64,000 bases of DNA from an uncultured Chloroflexia bacterium (GTDB lineage: Bacteria; Chloroflexota; Limnocylindria; Limnocylindrales; CSP1-4): contig CAVVYR010000032.1 of the NCBI GenBank assembly GCA_963752475.1, positions 1 through 64,000 of the forward strand, given 5' to 3'. The notes under the pieces were generated by a model that worked only from the letters and a program-made list of their open reading frames with translations, searched no databases and had not been told where the DNA came from. The translations under genes and the position numbers were made by a program. Below, in pieces: positions 49,632 to 59,565 of the stretch. The stretch's first letter is position 1. Each line of letters starts with the position of its first letter.

Positions 49632-50693
49632 ATGATAGGCACGACCGGAGCAGGGGGTACGACATGGACCCGACCATCAAGGCGGCCGTTGGGTCGCAGC
49701 GGTGTGGAGGTGACGCTGCTCGGGCTCGGCGGCGCCACCTACGGCTCGATCTACCGCGAGGTCAGCGAGCGCGAAGCGCTCGACGCCATCGATGCTGCCT
49801 GGGACGCGGGCATCCGCTACTTCGACACCTCGCCCTGGTACGGCTGTGGCCTCTCGGAGCTGCGCACCGGCGCCGGCCTGCGCCACCGGCCACGCGACGA
49901 GTTCGTCCTTTCGTCCAAGGTGGGCCGCTGCATGGACGCGCGCGAACCCGGGTCCACCCGCAACCTCTCGCCGTGGGTCGCGCCGGCACCCTTCGATCAC
50001 TACCACGACTACTCCTACGACGGCATCATGCGCAGCTACGAGCAGTCCCAGCTGCGCCTGGGCATGACCCACTACGACGTCGGCGTCATCCACGATCTCG
50101 ACTTCTGGACGCACCAGACCGAGGAGCGGGTGCAAGGCCACCTCGAGGCGCTGGAGTCGAGCGGCTGGCGAGCGCTCGAGGAGCTGCGTCGAGACGGTCT
50201 GCTCAAGGCCATCGGGGCGGGCATCAACGAGCTGGGCTTGATGGAGCGCTTCCTGGCCTTCTGCGAGCCCGACTTCTGGCTCGTGGCCATGCCCTATACG
50301 CTGCTCCGCCAGGAGATGCTCGACGGTGAGTTCGACATCTGCGCCCGCCACGGCATCAGCGTCATCATCGGTGCGCCGTACCAGTCGGGCATCCTGGCCA
50401 CCGGCGCCGTGCCCGGTGCACGCTGCGACTACCGCCCAGCCACGGAGGATGAGCTGTCCGCGGTGCGCCGGATCGAGGACGTCTGCGCTCGACACGAGGT
50501 GCCCCTGCCGGCGGCAGCGCTGCAGTTCGTGGTGGGCCATCCGGTCGTCGCCTCGGTCATCCCGGGAGCCGCGTCCGCGGCACAGGTCGAGCGCAACGTG
50601 GCTACCTTCCGCCACCCCATCCCGGCGGACCTATGGGCCGAGCTGAAGACGGAGGGCCTGCTGCGGGAAGATGCGCCGGTCCCTGCTTCGTGA
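49632..50693 (+). CDS. Aldo/keto reductase (aldose 1-dehydrogenase-like)
   Basis: GIRYFDTSPWYG, SSKVGR, DYSYDG, IHD. Confidence 0.88.
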   Translation: MIGTTGAGGTTWTRPSRRPLGRSGVEVTLLGLGGATYGSIYREVSEREALDAIDAAWDAGIRYFDTSPWYGCGLSELRTGAGLRHRPRDEFVLSSKVGRCMDAREPGSTRNLSPWVAPAPFDHYHDYSYDGIMRSYEQSQLRLGMTHYDVGVIHDLDFWTHQTEERVQGHLEALESSGWRALEELRRDGLLKAIGAGINELGLMERFLAFCEPDFWLVAMPYTLLRQEMLDGEFDICARHGISVIIGAPYQSGILATGAVPGARCDYRPATEDELSAVRRIEDVCARHEVPLPAAALQFVVGHPVVASVIPGAASAAQVERNVATFRHPIPADLWAELKTEGLLREDAPVPAS

Positions 50694-50701
50694 AGGGGAC
50701 C

Positions 50702-51532
50702 ATGAACGACCGCGACGGCGCCTTGCGGCAAACGGCCGCGGAGCTGCGCGGGAACATCCTGACGATGATCCACAGCGCCGGTTCTGGTCATCCTGGTTCG
50801 GCCCTCTCGTCTGCCGACCTGTTCACGGTCCTGTACTGGGACGAGCTGAACGTCGACCCCGCGAACCCGCGCTGGCCGGACCGCGACCGGCTGCTGCTGT
50901 CCAAGGGGCACGCCTGCCCAGTGCTCTACGCGTCGCTGGCGATGAAGGGCTACTTCGGCCTGGAGCACCTCGGCCGACTGCGGCAGATCGACGGCATCCT
51001 GCAGGGCCACCCGGACATGAACAAGACCCCTGGGGTCGATTACACCACCGGTTCGCTGGGACACGGCCTTTCGATCGGCCTGGGCATGGCGCTCGCGGCC
51101 CGGCTGGACGAGCGAGCGTATCGGACGTACGTCGTGATCGGCAGCGGCGAGCTGCAGGAGGGCCTGGTGTGGGAGGCGGCCATGGCCGCGGCCAAGTGGG
51201 ACTCGGACAACCTCTGCGCCATCGTGGACTACAACGGCCTGCAGCTCGACGGTCGCAACGACGAGGTCATGCCGCTGGGCGATATCGCGGCCAAGTGGCA
51301 CGCGTTCGACTGGCACGTCATCGAGTGCGACGGGCACGACATGGCGGCGATCCGCGGGGCTTTCGACCAAGCGCGACAGACGAGCGGCTGCCCGTCGGTC
51401 ATCATCGCCCGCACGACCAAGGGCAAGGGCGTCTCGTTCATGGAGCATCAGGTCGGCTGGCACGGTCGGGTCCCCGACGACGAGCAGTTCCGCCAGGCCA
51501 TGGCCGAGATCACCGGATCCACGGATGACTAG
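50702..51532 (+). CDS. Transketolase N-terminal subunit
   Basis: GSGHPG, SKGHA, LQGHP, TGSLGHG, GSGELQEG. Confidence 0.92.
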   Translation: MNDRDGALRQTAAELRGNILTMIHSAGSGHPGSALSSADLFTVLYWDELNVDPANPRWPDRDRLLLSKGHACPVLYASLAMKGYFGLEHLGRLRQIDGILQGHPDMNKTPGVDYTTGSLGHGLSIGLGMALAARLDERAYRTYVVIGSGELQEGLVWEAAMAAAKWDSDNLCAIVDYNGLQLDGRNDEVMPLGDIAAKWHAFDWHVIECDGHDMAAIRGAFDQARQTSGCPSVIIARTTKGKGVSFMEHQVGWHGRVPDDEQFRQAMAEITGSTDD

Positions 51533-52481
51533 GTACGCCATGGGGGACGTCCTGCCCACGCGCGTGGCCTACGGCGAGGCCCTGCGCGACCTCGGCGAGG
51601 TGGACGAGCGGGTCGTGGTGCTGGAAGCGGACATCGGCAAGTCCACACACAGCGCCCTCTTCGGCGCCGCCCACCCGGAGCGCTACTTCAACGTGGGCAT
51701 CGCCGAGCAGAACGAGATGGGCGTGGCCGCCGGGCTGGCGAGCTGTGGCAAGGTCGCCTTCGTCTCCACCTACGCCGTCTTCGCCAGCATGCGCGCCTGC
51801 GAGCAGATCCGGACCTTCGTGGCCTACCCGCGAGCCAACGTCAAGGTCTGCCCCAGCCACGGGGGCCTCACCCCCGGCAACGACGGCCCCACACACCAGG
51901 CCACCGAGGACCTCGGCATCATGCGTACGATCCCCAACATGACGGTGTGCATGCCGACCGATGCGGTGATGGCGTACAAGGCCGTCTTCGCGGCGGCGGA
52001 GCTCGAGGGCCCGCTCTATCTGCGCCTCACGCGTGACCCGGTGCCGGTGGTCTACGACGACGAACTCGACTTCGCCTTCGGTAAGGCCATCGTGCTGCGG
52101 ACCGGGACCGAGGCCACGATCGTGGCCAACGGCGACATGGTCGTCCAGGCCCTCCAGGCAGCAGAGCGTCTGGCCGCGGACGGCATCGACGTCACGGTCA
52201 TCGACATGCACACGATCAAGCCGCTCGACGAGGCCTGCCTCCTCGAGCACTGCACGGGCAAGCGGTTCGTCGTCAGTGCCGAGGACCACCAGATCAACGG
52301 CGGTCTCGGCAGCGCTGTCGCCGAGTTCCTCGCCGAGCGTTGCCAGGTGCCCATGAAGCGCATCGGCCTACGCGACACGTTCGCTGAGTCCGGGCCGTAC
52401 CTCGAGCTGCTCAGGAAGTACGGACTGGACGCGGGCGCCATCGAGCGTGCCGTGCGCGACGGACTGGCGGGCACGAGATGA
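51525..52481 (+). CDS. Transketolase C-terminal subunit
   Basis: GIAEQN, DGPTHQ, TIKPLD, EDH..GGLG. Confidence 0.92.
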   Translation: MTRYAMGDVLPTRVAYGEALRDLGEVDERVVVLEADIGKSTHSALFGAAHPERYFNVGIAEQNEMGVAAGLASCGKVAFVSTYAVFASMRACEQIRTFVAYPRANVKVCPSHGGLTPGNDGPTHQATEDLGIMRTIPNMTVCMPTDAVMAYKAVFAAAELEGPLYLRLTRDPVPVVYDDELDFAFGKAIVLRTGTEATIVANGDMVVQALQAAERLAADGIDVTVIDMHTIKPLDEACLLEHCTGKRFVVSAEDHQINGGLGSAVAEFLAERCQVPMKRIGLRDTFAESGPYLELLRKYGLDAGAIERAVRDGLAGTR

Positions 52482-53240
52482 TGCGGTCGTCGGCGAGCTT
52501 CAGCGGCCAGGCCGTGCTCGTGACCGGCGCCGGCAGCGGCATCGGCGCGACCATCGCGCGGGTGTTCGCGGAGCGTGGGGCCCACGTCGCCATCAACGAT
52601 GTCGACGCTGAGGCTGCAGAGCGGGTGGCTGACCGAGCTGCTCGAGCGCGGCCTGAGCGCGGCGCCGTTCGTGGCGGACGTGACGCTCGAGCCGGCGGTG
52701 CGGGCGATGTGCGACGAGGTCGTCGAGACCTTCGGTTCGCTGGACATCCTGGTCAACAACGCCGGCGTCCTGGGCCTCACGCCGACCGAAGAGCTGGAGG
52801 TCGATGCCTGGGCTCGCACGCTGGCGGTCAACCTCACCGGGGCCTTCATCTGCTGCCGGGCCGTGTTGCCACCGATGCGTCGGCAGGGCCGCGGCCGGAT
52901 CGTCAACATCTCGTCGCTGGCCGGAGAGTCCGGCGGCATCGCGGCCGGCGCAGACTACGCCGCCTCCAAGGGCGGCCTGCTCACGCTCACCCGTAAGCTG
53001 GCGCTGGAAGTCGCAGCGCATGGCATCACCGTCAACGCCATCGCACCGGGCACCACGCGGACGCCCATGATCGAAGCCCTGTCACCGGTCGACCGGGACA
53101 TGCTGCGGGCGAAGATCCCCGTCGGGCGCTTGGGGGAGCCTGAGGATGTCGCCTACGCCGTCTGCTTCCTGGCGAGTGACGAGGCGTCCTTCATCACCGG
53201 CGCCACCCTGGACGTGAACGGCGGGCTCCTGATGCGATGA
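52478..53240 (+). CDS. SDR oxidoreductase, frameshift at about 52630
   Basis: TGAGSGIG in one frame; NNAG and YAASKGG in the other. Confidence 0.85.
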
Positions 53241-53268
53241 GGTGCTGAACGAAGGTGGAGGGATCTCG

Positions 53269-54030
53269 ATGACAGGACGGCTCGAGGGCAAGGCCATCAT
53301 CGTCACCGGCAGCTCGAGAGGGATCGGTCGCAGCTGCGCCCTTCGCTGCGCCGAAGCCGGAGCGCGCGTGGTGGTGCACGGGCGGACCGCCAGTGACGAG
53401 CTCGAGGCCAGCGTCTCGCAGATCCGCGAACGGGGCGGGGTGGCCGTCGGCGTCAGTGGCGACGTCTCGATCCGGGCGGACGTCGAGCGCATCGTGGCCG
53501 AGAGCACGGCCGCGCTGGGCCCGCTCGATGGCCTCGTCAACAACGCCGGCATCAGCTACTTCATCGACTTCCTGGAGGTCACCGACGAGCAATGGGAGGC
53601 GCTGATGGCCGTCAATGCCAAGGGTCCCTTCCTCATGACGCAGGCGGTCGCGCGGACGATGATCGAGGCCGGACGGCCGGGTCGGATCTGCAACGTGACC
53701 TCGATCTCCGGCCAGAAGGCGACGAACCCGCAGCAGGTGCCCTACTGCACGTCCAAGGGCGCGGCCAACATGTTCACCAAGGTCGCGGCGGTGGCCCTCG
53801 GTCCGCACGGCATCACCGTCAATGCCGTGCTGCCCGGCACCATCGAGACCGACATCAACCGCGAGGTCCTCGCCGCCGAAGGCACGGTCGAGGCCATCAC
53901 CGAGGCCACGCCGCTGGGGCGCCTGGGCGACGTCGAGGACGTGGGGCAGGCCGTGGTCTACCTCATGTCGGACGAGGCCCGCTGGGTCACCGGTGCCCTG
54001 CTCGCGGTGGACGGCGGCTTCATCGCCTGA
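53269..54030 (+). CDS. SDR oxidoreductase (L-rhamnose 1-dehydrogenase-like)
   Basis: TGSSRGIG, NNAG, YCTSK, NAVLPGTIETDIN. Confidence 0.88.
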   Translation: MTGRLEGKAIIVTGSSRGIGRSCALRCAEAGARVVVHGRTASDELEASVSQIRERGGVAVGVSGDVSIRADVERIVAESTAALGPLDGLVNNAGISYFIDFLEVTDEQWEALMAVNAKGPFLMTQAVARTMIEAGRPGRICNVTSISGQKATNPQQVPYCTSKGAANMFTKVAAVALGPHGITVNAVLPGTIETDINREVLAAEGTVEAITEATPLGRLGDVEDVGQAVVYLMSDEARWVTGALLAVDGGFIA

Positions 54031-54218
54031 CGTCCGCCGTCTGTCGGACGCGACCGCGCCTGATCATCGCTGCCCGACCCGCTTCTCCATGGTCGGGCTC
54101 GAGACCGCCCTGTCCCGGACCTGATCGGATCGTCCGTGCGTTGGGTGATAATGCCGATGGTCGCTCGCGGGGCTCGACCCCAGGCTGAGCGCTAGACAAC
54201 GATGTCACTGGAGGCGAC

Positions 54219-54413
54219 ATGCAGATCACAGCAGACCGGGAAACGTGCACGGCGGCCGGACAGTGCGCGAGCGTAGCGGCGGCGCTCTTCGACCAGGACG
54301 ACGATGGCGTCGTGGTGCTCCTCAAGGAGGAACCGAGTGAGGCCGAGGAGCCCCTGGCGCGCCGGGCGGCCAGCCTCTGCCCGGCGCGCGCGATCACCAT
54401 CGTCGAAGACTAG
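54219..54413 (+). CDS. 3Fe-4S ferredoxin
   Basis: CTAAGQC...CPARAI; SD GGAGG. Confidence 0.9.
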   Translation: MQITADRETCTAAGQCASVAAALFDQDDDGVVVLLKEEPSEAEEPLARRAASLCPARAITIVED

Positions 54414-55607
54414 GTGCCGATCGACGCGTCGGCCCGCGTCGTCATCGTGGGTGCATCCGTCGGCGGCCTGACCACGGCGGAGGCACTGCGCCACGAAGGG
54501 TTCAAGGGGCCCATCACGCTGGTCGGCGATGAGGCTCGACTGCCCTACCGCCGACCGCCGCTCTCCAAGCAGGTACTGACGGGCGAGTGGCCGCCTGAGC
54601 GCACGTACCTCCTCGATGCGGGCGGGTTGGACGACCTCGATCTGCGGATGATGCTGGGCAGCCGCGCAAGCGAGCTGGACGTCACTGCTCACACATTGGT
54701 GGTCGACGGCGAGCGAGTCCCGTACGACACCCTCGTGGTCGCGACTGGCGTCAAGGCTCGTCAGCTCCCAGGCGTGGGTGACGCCCGGGGCATCCACACG
54801 CTGCGAACGCTCGACGATGTCGATGCCATCCGTACCCGCCTGGAGACGGCGGCTCGAGTCGCCGTGGTCGGCGCCGGCGTGCTGGGATCCGAGATCGCCT
54901 CGGCGGCGCGTCACCTCGGCCTCCAGGTCGTCCTCATCGGCCGCACGAAGAGCATGCGCATGGGACAGGTCGGCGACCACCTGTCCGAGCTCATCAAGGA
55001 GCTGCACCGGGCCAACGAGGTAGACGTCCGAACCGGTGTGGGCGTGGTCGACGTCTCCGGGTCGGGCCATCAGCAGGTGGTAGAGCTGTCGAGCGGCGAG
55101 GTCGTGGAGGCGGATCTCGTGATCGTCGCGATCGGCGGGATCCCGTCGACCGACTGGCTCTCCGGCTGCGGCCTCGACCTCTCCGATGGCGTGGTCTGTG
55201 ATGCCTCTGGACTCGCAGCACCGGACGTGTATGCCGTCGGCGACGTGGCCCAATGGCGCCGACAGGCCGGAACCCCGGTGCCCCGCGCCGAACACCATCT
55301 CAATGCGGTCGAGCAGGCGCTGGCCGTCGCCCACCTGCTCGTGACCGGAGAGCCACCGGGCGCCGTCGTACCCTTCTTCTGGTCCGAACTCCACGACACG
55401 CGGATCCAGGCCTACGGCCGTTTCGCCGCTGACTCGCCGCTCGAGGCCATCGCGGGCGACATGGGCGATCGACGGTTCGTCGCAGCGTCGCGCGACGGCG
55501 ACCGGACCACCGGCGTGGTGGGCTGGAACATGCCTCGAGACTTCCGCGACGCCCGCGCCCTCGTCGATGCCTCCACTCCCCCACCGCACCAAGGAGTCCC
55601 GTCGTGA
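54414..55607 (+). CDS. Ferredoxin reductase
   Basis: GASVGG, PYRRPPLSK, ATG, GAGVLGSE, VGD, PFFWS. Confidence 0.92.
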   Translation: MPIDASARVVIVGASVGGLTTAEALRHEGFKGPITLVGDEARLPYRRPPLSKQVLTGEWPPERTYLLDAGGLDDLDLRMMLGSRASELDVTAHTLVVDGERVPYDTLVVATGVKARQLPGVGDARGIHTLRTLDDVDAIRTRLETAARVAVVGAGVLGSEIASAARHLGLQVVLIGRTKSMRMGQVGDHLSELIKELHRANEVDVRTGVGVVDVSGSGHQQVVELSSGEVVEADLVIVAIGGIPSTDWLSGCGLDLSDGVVCDASGLAAPDVYAVGDVAQWRRQAGTPVPRAEHHLNAVEQALAVAHLLVTGEPPGAVVPFFWSELHDTRIQAYGRFAADSPLEAIAGDMGDRRFVAASRDGDRTTGVVGWNMPRDFRDARALVDASTPPPHQGVPS

Positions 55608-56845
55608 CCGACAAGAAGACCGAGCCCATCGATGACACGCCGAAGTGCCCGATCCCCTACGAACCACCGGTTTCGGTTCCCGTCGACGGGACCCCGCTGA
55701 CACCATCGCCCTGCCTCGCGGCGTACCGGGACGTGGCCGCGGCCGTGCCGCTTCGCTATGCCGATGGCCACGAGGGCCTGTTGACCACCACCGCGGACTT
55801 CGCGATGGCGGTCCTGACCGATCCGCGCTTCAGCCTCAAGCAGTGGCGCTTCCCGCTCGAGGCGCAGGCTGGCGCTGCCCACAGCCAGGTCGAGGACGAC
55901 CCCATCGACGCTGCCGCGGAAGAGGCACTCGAGGCCTGCAACCTGCTGAAGATGGACGCCCCCGAGCACAGCCGGCTGCGCAAGGCGATCACCGGTCGCC
56001 TGTCCGTGCGCGCCGTGCGCAACTACGAGGACCGAGTACGCGAGATCGTCGCACGCCAGCTCGCCCGCTTCATGGCGCTCGGCTCGCCGGCCAACCTGAC
56101 CACCGAGTACGCCGACCCGATCAGCGCCCACGACCACTGCCACGCGCTGGGCGTCCCGGACGACCTGGTCCCCGGCTTCTTCGACACGTTCGTTCGGCTG
56201 AGCCCAAGGCAGCAGAAGCACGACTACGTGCGGGAGGTGGTAGGGGCCAAGCGCGACGACCTCGGCGAGGACATCATCAGCGACCTCATCCGCAGCGACC
56301 TGACGGACGCGGAGATCGAAGGACAGCTCGTGCTGCTCATGAACGCCGGCCGGGACACCGTGGCCTACATGATCGCGACAGGCGCGAACATGCTCCTGAA
56401 GAACCCGGAGCAGCTGGACGCCCTGCGCGACGAGCCTGAGCTCATCGAGACGGGCGTGGAGGAGATCCTGCGCTACGGCGCCATGTTCGTGACGCTGTTC
56501 CCGCGTACCGCCACTGAGGATGTCGAGATCGACGGGGTGAGGATCCCGAAGGGCACCACGGTCTCCGCCTCGCCGGTGGCCGCTAACCGCGACCCGCACC
56601 GCTGGGAACACCCAGATGAGCTCGACCTGCGACGCGATGCCTTCGGGCACCTCTCGTTCGGCTCCGGCCAGCATGGCTGCGTGGGCCAGCAGTTCGCCCG
56701 GCTCCAGGTGAAGGAGGCGCTCAGGCAGCTCATCGCCGCGATGCCCGACCTGCGCTTGGTCAAGGCCCAGCAGGACGAGCCCATCCGACCGTTCCCCTCG
56801 GAGTTGCCGACCTATCACGCCGGCGACGTCATCGTGGCCTGGTAG
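55604..56845 (+). CDS. Cytochrome P450
   Basis: DAPEH..LR, I-helix AGRDT, EEILR, heme motif FGSGQHGCVG. Confidence 0.95.
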   Translation: MTDKKTEPIDDTPKCPIPYEPPVSVPVDGTPLTPSPCLAAYRDVAAAVPLRYADGHEGLLTTTADFAMAVLTDPRFSLKQWRFPLEAQAGAAHSQVEDDPIDAAAEEALEACNLLKMDAPEHSRLRKAITGRLSVRAVRNYEDRVREIVARQLARFMALGSPANLTTEYADPISAHDHCHALGVPDDLVPGFFDTFVRLSPRQQKHDYVREVVGAKRDDLGEDIISDLIRSDLTDAEIEGQLVLLMNAGRDTVAYMIATGANMLLKNPEQLDALRDEPELIETGVEEILRYGAMFVTLFPRTATEDVEIDGVRIPKGTTVSASPVAANRDPHRWEHPDELDLRRDAFGHLSFGSGQHGCVGQQFARLQVKEALRQLIAAMPDLRLVKAQQDEPIRPFPSELPTYHAGDVIVAW

Positions 56846-56854
56846 GAGCGAGAG

Positions 56855-57829
56855 ATGCAGTACCGCACGTTCGGCCGCACGGGCTGGCAGGTGAGTGAGA
56901 TCGGGTTCGGGGCGTGGCAGCTCGGCGGCCAGTGGGGCGAGGTCGACGACGACGCCTCCGTGGCCGCGCTCCTGCACGCCTACGAGCTGGGTGTCAACTT
57001 CGTCGACACCGCGCAGATGTATGGCACGGGCCACAGCGAGGAGGTCGTCGGGCGCTCGCTGCGCGAATGGCGTGGGGGCAAGATCTACGTCGCCACCAAG
57101 ATCCAGCCTCTCAAGTGGCCCGACCCCGACGACCCCGACCCGGACATGCGAGGTCGCTACCCCGGATGGCATCTGCGCGAGGGCACCGAGGCCGCGCTCA
57201 GCCGTCTCGGCCTCGAGCGGATCGACCTCATGCAGCTCCATTGCTGGCTCGAAGACGGGCTCACCTCGCTGGACTGGCTGGAGGTCCTCGACGACCTCCG
57301 GAACGAAGGCAAGATCGACCACATCGGTGTGTCCATCCGCGACTACAAGCCGCACGAGGGGGTCCGGCTGGCCCGCTACGGGCTCGTGGATTCGCAGCAG
57401 GTCATCTACAACATCTTCGAGCAGCGGGCCCAGGAGGAACTCTTCCCGGCCGGCGAGACGACCGGGACGGCGATGATCGCGCGGGTCCCGCTCGATTCCG
57501 GTGCGCTGTCGGGCGCATGGACGCCCGAAACCTACGCGAGCTGGCAGCCAGGCAGCCAGCAGCATTCGATGTTCCGCGGCGAGCGGTTCGGCGAGACGCT
57601 GGCCCGGGTCGAGGCCCTCAAGGCGGTCTGCGCTCCGTACTACCCGACGCTCGCCGAGGCCGCCACCCGCTTCGCCCTGAGCGAGCCTGGCGTCTCGACC
57701 ATCATCCCCGGCATGCGCTCGCGTGGACGCGTGGACGAGAACGTCGCGTACAGCGACGGCCAGCCCTTCCCGGCCGAGCTGAAGGCCGCACTCGGAGCGC
57801 ACGGATGGATCCGCGACTACTACCGATGA
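56855..57829 (+). CDS. Aldo/keto reductase
   Basis: GFGAW, DTAQMYG, ATK, IDLMQLH. Confidence 0.92.
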   Translation: MQYRTFGRTGWQVSEIGFGAWQLGGQWGEVDDDASVAALLHAYELGVNFVDTAQMYGTGHSEEVVGRSLREWRGGKIYVATKIQPLKWPDPDDPDPDMRGRYPGWHLREGTEAALSRLGLERIDLMQLHCWLEDGLTSLDWLEVLDDLRNEGKIDHIGVSIRDYKPHEGVRLARYGLVDSQQVIYNIFEQRAQEELFPAGETTGTAMIARVPLDSGALSGAWTPETYASWQPGSQQHSMFRGERFGETLARVEALKAVCAPYYPTLAEAATRFALSEPGVSTIIPGMRSRGRVDENVAYSDGQPFPAELKAALGAHGWIRDYYR

Positions 57830-58566
57830 ACGACCCGCGTCCCGAGGACCTCGACCGGCATCGTCTCCAGCTCCTGCGCCCCCACGAGATCGCGGCGCGA
57901 CTCGACGAGCGCTCCGTGGTGTTCCTGCCCATGGGCACGCTCGAGTGGCACTCGCGACACCTGCCGGTCGGCCTTGACGCCCTCAACGCCGAGGGCGTCT
58001 GCCTGCGTGCGGCCGCTACGCGCGGCGGGATCGTCTACCCCACCCTCTACTACGGCACCGGGGGCTCGCATCGGTCATTCCCGTGGTCGATGATGATGCC
58101 GTCGGGCACAGAGATCGAGGCACTCCTGGCGTACTCGCTCGAGCGCCTCGACGAGATGGGTGTCGAGCTGGCGGTCATGTTCACCGGCCACTTCGCTCCC
58201 GAGCAGGTGGCAGTCGTCACGCAGGCAGCCGAGCGGTGGAACGGTCGGGACCGCCGGATGCGCGCCCTTGGCCTGTCGGTGGATGGCGCGACCGGCCTCG
58301 CCATCGCACCCGACCACGCTGGCCGTTTCGAGACGACCCTGCTGCACGCCCACCGTCCGGAGGTCGTGAGCCCGGAGCTCATCCCGGAGCAGCCAGACGA
58401 CGAGGCGGGTGAGGATCCGTGGGGCCAGCAGCGATACGACCCCACACACTCGCTCTGGGGTGTGGTCGGCCCCGACCCGCGCGACTTCGATCCCGCGGAC
58501 GCCCCGGCGCTATTGGACGGCTGTGTTCGGTGGGTCCTGGCCCAGATCGACGAGGCGGCGAGGTAG
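57826..58566 (+). CDS. Creatininase-family amidohydrolase
   Basis: PMGTLEWHSRHLPVGLD, TGH, DHAGRFET. Confidence 0.88.
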   Translation: MNDPRPEDLDRHRLQLLRPHEIAARLDERSVVFLPMGTLEWHSRHLPVGLDALNAEGVCLRAAATRGGIVYPTLYYGTGGSHRSFPWSMMMPSGTEIEALLAYSLERLDEMGVELAVMFTGHFAPEQVAVVTQAAERWNGRDRRMRALGLSVDGATGLAIAPDHAGRFETTLLHAHRPEVVSPELIPEQPDDEAGEDPWGQQRYDPTHSLWGVVGPDPRDFDPADAPALLDGCVRWVLAQIDEAAR

Positions 58567-58574
58567 TCGCTCGA

Positions 58575-59444
58575 TCAGATGCGGAAGAAGCGCTCGGCGT
58601 TGCCGCTGAACATGGCCGCCTGCTCGGCCTGGCTGAGGTCGGCGATGATGGCCGCATAGGCGTCGATGACGTCGGGGTAGGACGAGAACAGCCGGTCGAC
58701 CGGCCAGTTGGTGCCGAAGATCGTGCGCTCGACCCCGAACGACTCGATCGCATGGAGCACCAGCGGGCGCATCGAGTCGACCGTCCAGTGAGGGTCACCC
58801 ATGCCCAGGGCCGAGATCTTGACGATGACGTTGGGCGCTTCCGCGAGGGACGTCATCCCGGCGCGCCAGAAGGCCAGGTAGTCGTCGTCCCGACGTAGCG
58901 GGAACCCGGCGTGGTCGAGCGAGATGGTGGTGTCGGGGAAGGCCAGCGCGAGGTCCTTGATCTGGGCCAGCGTCTCCGGCCGTGGATCGACGCAGTAGAC
59001 GAGGTCGTGCTCGCGCAAGGAGGCGAAGCCGCGTCGCCACGCGGGGTCGACGAGGTACTCGCCCTCGCCGAAGTCGCGTACGCCGCGCATGTTGGGGAAG
59101 TCGAGGTGCCGGGCGATGACATCGTTCGCATCAGGTTGCGCGAGGTGCACCTCGGCCACGATGCCGTGCGGATGACCCAGCCGGTCGGCGAAGGCCTGCA
59201 ACCAGCGCGTCTCCTCGACGGGATCCGGGGTGCCCACGGCGCACTCGACGTGGATCGACTTGACCACGTTGCTGAAGCGTGACTCGGCGATCCAGTCATC
59301 GGCCCAGTAGCGCTGCGCCTGGATCGGCTCCACGGCCTCGAGGATGTGGTGCTTGACGCCCGGCCGTAGCCAACCGTATTCGAGCGTGGGGTGCTGCAGA
59401 TCGTAGAAGTGGAGGTGCGTGTCGATGAACGGGATCGCGGCCAC
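58575..59444 (-). CDS. Amidohydrolase-2 family, sugar lactonase-like
   Basis: IDTHLH, LDHAG, VKIS, FGTNWP; GTG start after GAGGAGGA. Confidence 0.85.
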   Translation of the reverse strand: MAAIPFIDTHLHFYDLQHPTLEYGWLRPGVKHHILEAVEPIQAQRYWADDWIAESRFSNVVKSIHVECAVGTPDPVEETRWLQAFADRLGHPHGIVAEVHLAQPDANDVIARHLDFPNMRGVRDFGEGEYLVDPAWRRGFASLREHDLVYCVDPRPETLAQIKDLALAFPDTTISLDHAGFPLRRDDDYLAFWRAGMTSLAEAPNVIVKISALGMGDPHWTVDSMRPLVLHAIESFGVERTIFGTNWPVDRLFSSYPDVIDAYAAIIADLSQAEQAAMFSGNAERFFRI

Positions 59445-59565
59445 GATCCTCCTCGGCTGCGGACGTGTCACCCATCGTAGTCCGCCGATGCAGAGGGCTG
59501 CTGGGCCCGCTAGGGCGGGTCATTCGGCCACTTGCGTTTCCTATCGAACGGTTACTATCTGGTTC

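Noticed and set aside
55412-57802. Long antisense ORFs (this one, 31983..33848, 36804..38669 and others)
   Set aside because: Shadow frames of well-supported genes, expected from high-GC codon bias
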